Origin: Patescibacteria group bacterium UBA918
GTDB lineage: Bacteria; Patescibacteriota; Minisyncoccia; Phycocordibacterales; UBA918
Assembly: GCA_002293845.1 (NCBI GenBank)
Contig: DBEA01000013.1
Location: 24,273-56,791 of the forward strand
Length of the DNA: 32,519 bases
Direction: 5' to 3'
The notes under the pieces are model-generated. The model saw only the letters and a program-made list of their open reading frames with translations. It was not told where the DNA came from and ran no database searches. Positions 25,780 through 32,519 of the stretch are shown here, piece by piece; the stretch's first letter is position 1; each line of letters begins with the position of its first letter. Both the position numbers and the translations under genes were made by a program.

Positions 25780-27120
25780 CTAGTTAGAGTCGCTTAAAGA
25801 CGTATCGATACGGTTCATGTCGCGCGGGAACATGGTCGCCTCCCTGATGTTCTCGAGACCCAGAATCTGCATGGTAATGCGCTCCGCCCCGAAGGCAAAG
25901 CCGCCTTCTGGCGGTACGCCGTAGCGGAACGCTTCTAAAAACATCTCGATCTTCGCGGGGTCCATGCCCCATTCCTCAACGTGCTTCATCAGTTGTTTGT
26001 AGTCGTTGATGCGGCGACCGCCGGAAAGCCATTCACGGCCGCGACCGATCAAATCGACACCTTCGTTGAATTCGGGATTCTCCGGGTTCGGATACACGTA
26101 AAAGGGTTTTTGGCGAGTCGGGTAACCGTAGACGAAAACGAAATCCGAGCCGGTTTCCTCCTTAATGATCTTCGAGATGTCCTGTTCGTCCTGAGTGCTC
26201 AGGTCCTTGTCGCCGCGTGGATCACGACCGGTCGCGGCCAGAATTTTCTCCTGGGCCTCGACCAGGGAGAGGGTCGGTGTCCTCTCTAGCATCACCGGAA
26301 GCTCGGCTTTCAGAAAGTCGAGTTCTTTCTCGTGTTTTGCCGCTACCTGCGCGAGGATATAACGCACGGTCGCTTCGATCATGTCCCGCACATCGGTCCA
26401 AGAGTCGATAAAAGCCATTTCGGCGTCCAGCGACACCACTTCGGTGAGATGCCGGGTAGTGGCACTAGGCTCGGCGCGAAAGATCTTGTTGACGGAAAAA
26501 ACCCGCTCGAACGCCGACATTACGATCTGCTTGTAGAGCTGAGGAGACTGCGAGAGGTAGGCCTTCTTGTCGAAGTACTCCACCTGAAAGACCTCCGCGC
26601 CGCCCTCGGCCGTCGCCGGTACGATCGCCGGCGCCTGGAACTCGAGGAATTCCTGACTCTTCATGAACTCGCGGAACGAATCGATGATGGTCGCCTGAAT
26701 CTTGAATATGGCCTGTTGTTTAGGATGGCGGAGCGTCAAGGCTCGATGGTCGAGCTCGGTCGTCAGATCGAGATTGTATCCATCGGCCGACATATCGAAA
26801 GGCAGTGATTCGGCTTCGGCCAATACCTCGATCTTGGTGATCTCCAGCTCGATATCGCCGTTTTGAACTTCCGGGTTCACCATTTTTTCCGGACGCTGAT
26901 TTACCTTGCCGGACACCGCGACGACCCACTCCTGCTTCAGAGTCTTTGCCACCTCCAACACCTCTGGCTTGCCGAACACGACTCCCTGCACGGTGCCGGT
27001 GCGGTCGCGAAAGTCGAAAAATGCCACTTTGCCTTGGTCGCGCGTCACATTGACCCACGCCTTAATGAGGACCTCGCTACCGACACTGCTTTTTAAGTCA
27101 CGGATTAAAGTTCGTTCCAT
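25780..27120 (-). CDS. aspS: Aspartate-tRNA ligase, archaeal-type (likely Asp/Asn non-discriminating)
   Basis: OB-fold start, TAEGGAEVF, LSQSPQLYKQ, FRAEPS.T.RHL.E, YGVPPEGGFAFGAER; 446 aa, no GAD insertion. Confidence 0.92.
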   Translation of the reverse strand: MERTLIRDLKSSVGSEVLIKAWVNVTRDQGKVAFFDFRDRTGTVQGVVFGKPEVLEVAKTLKQEWVVAVSGKVNQRPEKMVNPEVQNGDIELEITKIEVLAEAESLPFDMSADGYNLDLTTELDHRALTLRHPKQQAIFKIQATIIDSFREFMKSQEFLEFQAPAIVPATAEGGAEVFQVEYFDKKAYLSQSPQLYKQIVMSAFERVFSVNKIFRAEPSATTRHLTEVVSLDAEMAFIDSWTDVRDMIEATVRYILAQVAAKHEKELDFLKAELPVMLERTPTLSLVEAQEKILAATGRDPRGDKDLSTQDEQDISKIIKEETGSDFVFVYGYPTRQKPFYVYPNPENPEFNEGVDLIGRGREWLSGGRRINDYKQLMKHVEEWGMDPAKIEMFLEAFRYGVPPEGGFAFGAERITMQILGLENIREATMFPRDMNRIDTSLSDSN

Positions 27121-27121
27121 A

Positions 27122-28060
27122 TCAAATAGTTACTCCGACTTTCCTTCTAACCTCTTCCATCTTGGCTCCGGCGCGCGCGCGTGCCTTTTCGGCTCCGGCG
27201 CGCAAAATATCGCGCACGGCATCGTCGGTGATATCGGCGCGTCTGTCGCGCATGGGGGCGATCAGAGTTTCGATGTCCTCGATCAGGGCCTCTTTCAGTA
27301 TCTTATAACTGCCCTTGTTCGCTTCGTAAAGCGAAGCTAGTTCATCATCTGATTTGAATAATTTGTGGATAGCGTACACATTTTCGGGACGCTCGCCGCT
27401 CGAATCGGTGACTATGCCCATGACCGCTTTGGCGATCTCGTCTTTAGAGCCAAAAAGCGGGATGGTGTTCTTATAACTTTTCGACATCTTGGCCCCGTCG
27501 GTACCTGGTACCACCCCCACTCCCTCTAAGATCATTTCTTTCGGCTCGACGAAGGTTTCACCGTACGCCAAATTGAACTTGTTGGCGGCCTCACGCGCGT
27601 ACTCGACGTGTTGCTGTTGATCTTTGCCGACCGGTACCACGTCCGTGTCGTAAAGAAGAATGTCGGCGGCCATGAGCATCGGATAGTTGAACAACCCGGC
27701 GTTAGCCTCTAGACCTTTCGCCAATTTGTCCTTATAAGCGTGAGCTAGTTCCAAGAAAGACACGCTCACCAGACATTCGAAGATCCAAGCGAGCTCGGTG
27801 TGCTCGGGCACGTCAGACTGCTTAAATAGTATTACCTTGTTAGGGTCAACGCCAGCGGCCAGGTAGTCTTTGACCACATCTACTATGTTGCTCCTCAGAA
27901 CGGTCGCGTCCTTAATCGTGGTGAGAGCATGGTAGTCGACTACCATCAAATGGCTGTCATAATCGCCGTATAGGTCGACGAAAGGTTTTAGTGCCCCAAA
28001 ATAGTTGCCCAGATGAAGGTTACCGGAGGGCTGGAGCCCGGTCAAAAGACGTTTACTCAT
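27122..28060 (-). CDS. trpS: Tryptophan-tRNA ligase
   Basis: TGLQPSG.LHLGNY, YPMLMAADIL, VPVGKDQQQH, KMSKS. Confidence 0.97.
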   Translation of the reverse strand: MSKRLLTGLQPSGNLHLGNYFGALKPFVDLYGDYDSHLMVVDYHALTTIKDATVLRSNIVDVVKDYLAAGVDPNKVILFKQSDVPEHTELAWIFECLVSVSFLELAHAYKDKLAKGLEANAGLFNYPMLMAADILLYDTDVVPVGKDQQQHVEYAREAANKFNLAYGETFVEPKEMILEGVGVVPGTDGAKMSKSYKNTIPLFGSKDEIAKAVMGIVTDSSGERPENVYAIHKLFKSDDELASLYEANKGSYKILKEALIEDIETLIAPMRDRRADITDDAVRDILRAGAEKARARAGAKMEEVRRKVGVTI

Positions 28061-28098
28061 ATCCTAGGATAGTACCAGAAAGGCTAAAATTCACGAAA

Positions 28099-29760
28099 TC
28101 AAGCCGATTTTGTCCACTGGCTCACGATGCCGTTTAATGGGAAACTGGCCGTAAAGGTGGAACCTTGACCCTCTCCTGGAGAAGTGACCGTGATGTCGCC
28201 GCCCATTTCTCTGGCCATCGTGCGAGCTATATAGAGACCAAGACCGCTACCGGAGACGTTGGTGGAACTGGCATTGTTGGCACGGGCGAACTTGCCGAAC
28301 AAATTTTCGAGACTCTCTTTGGATAAACCTATGCCCTGATCCTTGACCTCGACATGCACTTTCTTTCCCTCCTCGTCCTTGCGCACACTCACTTCGATCG
28401 CGGCATTACCTTTGTTGTACTTGAAGGCATTATCAATAAGGTTCTGGATGATCTGGCGTGACTTGCCGACGTCGGTTTTCGACAACGCCGGACCTTCGAA
28501 GGTTACTTTCAGATCAAGTGGTATGCCGCGCTCGACGGACACCGGTTGCATATCAGCGACTATATTCTCGACCAATTGCCGTATATCGGCGTCGACAAGG
28601 TCGTATTTCATGTTGCCGGCCTCGATACGCGAGACGTTCAAGAAATCATCGATCGAAAGTGCCATGTTTCTGGCCGAATCATTGACGCGGGTCAATACCT
28701 CCTTGGTCTTGTCATCTATAGTTCCGTAAGAACCTTCGAGGATCATCGAGACATAACCTCGGATAGACGTAAGAGGACTGCGCAGCTGATGCGAGGCGAT
28801 CGACACGAACTCCGACTTCATTTTGTCCAACCTCTCCAACCGAGCGTTGGCCCCCGCGAGATCTGTCGCCAATTGCTCAACCAATCTTTTTTGTTCAAAT
28901 TCTCTCTTGGCGTTTTGAAGCAAGGTTATGCCAATGAAAATGGATATCACCAGAGTAATGACATTTAGTGTCAGGTCAGTGGAGTCCTGTAAAAATAAAA
29001 ACTGCGAGCCCACCATCAAAATTAATATGTACACGAGCAATTGAGTACCGAGGTAGCGAATGTTGAATATCCCAAGATTCGTAATGGAAAAGGTTATTAT
29101 GATCAAAAATAAAGGAAGGATAAAGAGTGAATAGAGGTTTATCTCATAGATGCCGGTATTCACAGCTATATACTCTGTGACCGAAAAGGTCGCAAAAAAC
29201 AGTAGGATAGCGACCAACATTATTATGATCTGTATCTTTTTTTCTCTCAAAGCAGACTTCCATGCTATAAAAAACGAAACAAAGATCATGGATACGAAGA
29301 CCCACTCTGCAAAGAGTTTGTAGTATGTGATCATAGTATTCTCCGTGGCCTCACACCAAACCTGTTCGAACCCAACGACGGCATTTCCGGTGGCAGTTAG
29401 CACGAAGGCCGGAAGACAAATCACTAATATCGCCACCTTCTCATAGACACTGACGTGATCTCTGGCCAAAATGGCGAAGAAATACGCTCCCAAAGCAAAG
29501 AAAACAACATTCACGTAGTCCAACCATGACCAAAAGAAAACCACATAGTAGTAGTCAGGGATGACCCAAAGAACCAAGTCGCCCAACAGCCACAGTGACA
29601 CGGCCAGCGTGAACATCAAGAACACGACCGCCGCTTTTGAATAACGTGTCTTTGCGACCGAATACACGCCCAAAAACACCATAAAAACTACCGGTACCAA
29701 ATGCGAATAGGCAGCTATGGTTCTGATGCCTTCCGTCAATATCGTGCAGGTATTATCCAT
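28099..29760 (-). CDS. Sensor histidine kinase with N-terminal multi-pass (7TM-type) membrane domain
   Basis: About 9 hydrophobic segments; H-box SIASHQLRSPL, N-box NLIDNAFKY, DQGIG, GSGLGL, GQGSTF. Confidence 0.93.
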   Translation of the reverse strand: MDNTCTILTEGIRTIAAYSHLVPVVFMVFLGVYSVAKTRYSKAAVVFLMFTLAVSLWLLGDLVLWVIPDYYYVVFFWSWLDYVNVVFFALGAYFFAILARDHVSVYEKVAILVICLPAFVLTATGNAVVGFEQVWCEATENTMITYYKLFAEWVFVSMIFVSFFIAWKSALREKKIQIIIMLVAILLFFATFSVTEYIAVNTGIYEINLYSLFILPLFLIIITFSITNLGIFNIRYLGTQLLVYILILMVGSQFLFLQDSTDLTLNVITLVISIFIGITLLQNAKREFEQKRLVEQLATDLAGANARLERLDKMKSEFVSIASHQLRSPLTSIRGYVSMILEGSYGTIDDKTKEVLTRVNDSARNMALSIDDFLNVSRIEAGNMKYDLVDADIRQLVENIVADMQPVSVERGIPLDLKVTFEGPALSKTDVGKSRQIIQNLIDNAFKYNKGNAAIEVSVRKDEEGKKVHVEVKDQGIGLSKESLENLFGKFARANNASSTNVSGSGLGLYIARTMAREMGGDITVTSPGEGQGSTFTASFPLNGIVSQWTKSA

Positions 29761-29775
29761 GATCGTTCACGTCAA

Positions 29776-30597
29776 TCATAACATCTTGCTTTGCACATAA
29801 GACATGTCGGCGCTCGGATAGCACATCCAGAACTTATCGCCCTCGATATCGGTCGGTTCCAAGGCAACGATCAGCGGCTTGACTCCGAATTCTTTCCAAA
29901 CCGACAAAAATGCCGGGACGAACACATTTTTAGCGAAAGCTAGCTCCTTTTCATCTAGCATCATGTTTTCAAACAAAATGCCATGAACGATAAAAAGAGT
30001 GAAGAATGGACTGTAATAGTCTATCGCTCTTTTACCTTTTCCTTTTAGCCACTTGGATGCGTCAAAAAGTTCTAGAGGCATCTCTGGATAGCAATGTTTT
30101 AGAAAATCATGATGAAAGTCGACCAGACTCTGTCCCCAGGTCGTTTTGACGTCTTTTATCGGCTTTCCATCGGAAGCGACAAAATCGATCACGTTAATGG
30201 AATCTAAATTCATCCCACCCTTACGACCTAAGCTGTGCGCGAAATACATTTTCCCCAACATCCTCTTTAACTCATTGTTCGAAGTGAATTTGTCAGCAGT
30301 GTATTCGAATGCTAGTGGTCTGAGTTTTCCGTATCCATTTATCAGACTTACGAATCTTCTCACCTCATAATTAGGAGTCACCAGATTGCGAAATAACACC
30401 GCCGCTGGATGGTCCTTCAACGGTTCGGGCACATCGCCACATAAAAAATCTTCCACCTTTTTTACCAATTCGACATCTTGACGCCTTTGTAGTAACTCCT
30501 CCCAAGCTACCTCCAATGAAGTATAAATGGTGTCATCGAATATTTTCCGGTCAGACACGATACTAGACACGTCGGCCGATAGCACTGGCGCTATCAC
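29776..30597 (-). CDS. Hypothetical cytoplasmic protein (start uncertain)
   Basis: Long globular ORF ending 15 nt before the kinase ATG. In-frame ATGs at 30747 and 30687 overlap the upstream gene; the first non-overlapping GTG is at 30597. Confidence 0.75.
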   Translation of the reverse strand: MIAPVLSADVSSIVSDRKIFDDTIYTSLEVAWEELLQRRQDVELVKKVEDFLCGDVPEPLKDHPAAVLFRNLVTPNYEVRRFVSLINGYGKLRPLAFEYTADKFTSNNELKRMLGKMYFAHSLGRKGGMNLDSINVIDFVASDGKPIKDVKTTWGQSLVDFHHDFLKHCYPEMPLELFDASKWLKGKGKRAIDYYSPFFTLFIVHGILFENMMLDEKELAFAKNVFVPAFLSVWKEFGVKPLIVALEPTDIEGDKFWMCYPSADMSYVQSKML

Positions 30598-30634
30598 AGC
30601 TTTGTCAGCGATCAAGATTTTTGCACTTTCAGCT

Positions 30635-31117
30635 TTAGATGAGAATCTCAAACGTCGAAGTAGCGCGGCTGTCGTCTGTTTCATCATGGTCACTTGTCGT
30701 AGATGTTGAATTCGCTTCGTTGGTAACATCGATTTGTAAATACTCATTGTCTACATCGGATTCGATCATTCGCTGTGGCAGTGGCCGCCCCGAACAAGCA
30801 TCATCGGCATTTTCATCACATTCTACTTCCATACAGCGTACTTTTCCCGATTCACACTCACGTAAACAATCATTTTCTGAACAGAAATCAAAATCCGCCG
30901 CAGCGACCTCGAATATCCTATAATTCTCTAGCTCATTCGGTGGGCACTCATCTACTGCGCAGTCCCGCACGAAACAACTGCGTTCTGTCGGGTCACACTG
31001 AGCCTCTAAAGAAAAATAATAATCTCTTTCGACCAAGAATTTGTCTGCAGTGGCGACGATCACGACCAAAACAGAGACGGCAAGCAATGATAAAAGGATT
31101 TTACTGGAAATTTCCAT
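30635..31117 (-). CDS. Membrane-anchored Cys-rich acidic hypothetical protein
   Basis: N-terminal TM helix, 10 Cys (CDP...SCF..DC..DEC), Ser/Thr/Asp tail; TGT-TACAAT 7 nt before the ATG. Confidence 0.75.
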   Translation of the reverse strand: MEISSKILLSLLAVSVLVVIVATADKFLVERDYYFSLEAQCDPTERSCFVRDCAVDECPPNELENYRIFEVAAADFDFCSENDCLRECESGKVRCMEVECDENADDACSGRPLPQRMIESDVDNEYLQIDVTNEANSTSTTSDHDETDDSRATSTFEILI

Positions 31118-31183
31118 CGTAGGGATTGTAACACGATCCTTTCGAAGTCATCGTTAGAGAAACTGAAAAGGCGGCAGAGATGA

Positions 31184-31708
31184 TCACTCCGCCGCCCTTT
31201 GAACGATGTCACCCACAACGACGAAAATCTCGACACCGCCGTATCCTCCGAGGATCCACGGCAACATGCCTATGATATTCGCCAATGTGAACCAGTACCA
31301 GTCCGCAAGATCGAGTCGCCTTCCGGAAACTCGACCGCGGTAGTACAGGAACCCGTAGACCGGGTCCAGAAAGAGACTGATCAACCCGAAGGCGAGGAAC
31401 TTGGAATTCCTGAGCGCCCACCGGATCATCTGCCCCAATCTAGTGCTGGCCTGGACTTCCTGCTTCATGCGCAGGTACTCCAGGCCGAACCAGTCTCTGG
31501 TCGTGCGCTTATACCACACGACGCAGGCCAGATTGACCGCCAATCCTGCGATGGTCCAGACCGCGACTCCGTGGAAGAAGTCTAGGTACAGAACTATCAG
31601 GATTGTGAACGGGTAATTGAATACCCAGTTCACAGCGGCGATGAATCCGGCCGCCGTGCCGGCTCGGGCCACGAAGGCACCGACCCGCTTTATGGTCAAA
31701 GTGACCAT
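31184..31708 (-). CDS. Hypothetical membrane protein (174 aa)
   Basis: About 4 TM segments; strong SD AAGGAGGT 4 nt upstream of the ATG. Confidence 0.8.
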   Translation of the reverse strand: MVTLTIKRVGAFVARAGTAAGFIAAVNWVFNYPFTILIVLYLDFFHGVAVWTIAGLAVNLACVVWYKRTTRDWFGLEYLRMKQEVQASTRLGQMIRWALRNSKFLAFGLISLFLDPVYGFLYYRGRVSGRRLDLADWYWFTLANIIGMLPWILGGYGGVEIFVVVGDIVQRAAE

Positions 31709-31768
31709 CGGTACCTCCTTCTTTCAAAAACTACAAAGCCGCGGGATTGCGACTTTGCTTCCTGTTAC

Positions 31769-31797
31769 ATTATAGCACAAAATAGGTAATAATGCAA
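31769..31797 (-). promoter_or_regulatory. Sigma70-type promoter
   Basis: TTGCAT-N17(ending TGC)-TATAAT. Confidence 0.7.
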
Positions 31798-31825
31798 GAT
31801 TGTGACCTTACTTGGGGATAACTGC

Positions 31826-32311
31826 CTAGATTACGAACAGAATGGCCAAAGGGGCCACGAGCCAGAGGTAGGCCAATTTTTCGGTCAAGAGCACCGCTGG
31901 GAGAGGGGTACCGGTCGGTATCACTTCGCCGAGGGGCAAGTAGTGCACAGTGAGTGTCATGACGAGAACCGTCGCAGCCACTGCCAGTAACACCTTTTTA
32001 CCTATCGACTCAAAAGCACCCTCGAGAAACTCACTCGGCATCAACCTAGAAAATAGCCAAGCTGAAAGAGCGGCTAGTATGACGAACAAAGCCAGAAAGC
32101 CGACAGCTTCGCTTTTGTCGTCACCTGTCATCTCCTCGATCTTATCTCGTGCTGGAAAAAGTTGGTAAAGCAACAAAGCTAGATAACTTCCGACTATCAC
32201 GTCCATCAAAGCTTGTCGGCCTCTGAATGTCGCGTAGGCCAAAGCGATCAAAAAAGCGCCCAGCAAAAACGCCCAGCCTTGGACGAAAGAGATCACCGGG
32301 TCGATATCCAT
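31826..32311 (-). CDS. Hypothetical multi-pass membrane protein (161 aa)
   Basis: 4-5 TM helices; topology only loosely reminiscent of CvpA. Confidence 0.78.
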   Translation of the reverse strand: MDIDPVISFVQGWAFLLGAFLIALAYATFRGRQALMDVIVGSYLALLLYQLFPARDKIEEMTGDDKSEAVGFLALFVILAALSAWLFSRLMPSEFLEGAFESIGKKVLLAVAATVLVMTLTVHYLPLGEVIPTGTPLPAVLLTEKLAYLWLVAPLAILFVI

Positions 32312-32429
32312 CCCGTATGAAATAGAACGCGAACGCTATTGCGCCCGCATATCTATCGTTACCTCTAATAAATTCTTTACGACCATATAATATTTCTTAC
32401 TTTTCCCGTGTTCGCTATTTCGTACGGGA
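32311..32429. mobile_element. Candidate 119-bp MITE-like element at a start codon
   Basis: TIRs TCCCGTATGAAATAG (32311-32325) / CTATTTCGTACGGGA (32415-32429), 14/15 complementary; direct repeat TCCA at 32307-32310 and 32430-32433. Confidence 0.78.
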
Positions 32430-32440
32430 TCCATGGAAAA

Positions 32441-32449
32441 ATTGTAGCA
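32441..32449 (-). promoter_or_regulatory. Extended -10 (leaderless-type) promoter
   Basis: TGC-TACAAT 6 nt upstream of the ATG at 32434, the inferred pre-insertion start of the 161-aa gene. Confidence 0.65.
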
Positions 32450-32519
32450 CCATGGAGACCATCGCCAATCGATGCGAGTTAATAAGTGCCAAGGTTTGGA
32501 AACGGCGCGGCCTTTTGGA

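Noticed and set aside
30635-30747. 113-nt overlap of two same-strand ORFs as a dual-coding region
   Set aside because: More simply explained by a later start of the downstream gene.
31150-31162. CGTTAGAG resembling the element TIR
   Set aside because: Lacks the TCCC terminus, a partner repeat and a TSD.
3474-32168. Many 60-190 aa ORFs antisense or out of frame within core genes
   Set aside because: They lie inside well-supported genes and show no motifs; expected at this GC content.
1-32519. CRISPR array, DGR, prophage, integrase or DDE transposase
   Set aside because: No regularly spaced repeats, reverse transcriptase, template/variable repeat pair, phage or transposase genes seen.
1-32519. 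Alternative genetic code (UGA=Gly)
   Set aside because: TGA ends conserved genes at expected positions (pheT, tktN, gap, trpS).
1-32519. Frequent CGATCG/TCGA words (HIP1-like)
   Set aside because: Plausibly due to ATC/GAT/GAC/GAG codon usage; needs a Markov-corrected k-mer count that I could not run.
32479-32519. Possible 3' end of an upstream minus-strand gene (...QKAAPFPNLGTY-stop)
   Set aside because: Too short to support at the window edge.

Overview
Core-genome segment of a Patescibacteria (CPR) bacterium, most likely Parcubacteria. This is inferred from the shortened PheS/PheT and EF-Ts, split transketolase, archaeal-type AspRS, membrane GT2, coiled-coil lytic transglycosylase and sortase. 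TGA is used as a stop codon (code 11). Almost all genes are on the minus strand. In coordinate order: Ig-like repeat surface protein, Cys-rich secreted protein, sortase, CARDB-like protein, gyrB, pheT/pheS, PEGA protein, GT2, tRNA-Thr, tsf, rpsB, prfA, rpmE2, lytic transglycosylase, rplY, pfkB, NUDIX, tktC, GIY-YIG, tktN, rpe, rpiB, gap, scpA, HD protein, aminopeptidase, aspS, trpS, 7TM histidine kinase and several hypotheticals. The main observation is a candidate family of tiny mobile elements that insert into ATG start codons. One is a 280-bp unit (19708-19987) carrying only an 86-aa GIY-YIG nuclease; the other is a 119-bp unit without the nuclease (32311-32429). Both have TCCCGT...ACGGGA terminal inverted repeats and a 4-bp TGRA duplication taken from the host start codon. 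In both, the terminal A of the element rebuilds the ATG of the host gene, and removing the element in silico restores a normal empty site. A looser 121-bp inverted-repeat unit abuts the gyrB start. Housekeeping genes look largely leaderless, whereas accessory orphans carry Shine-Dalgarno motifs. All calls were made by eye, without database searches.
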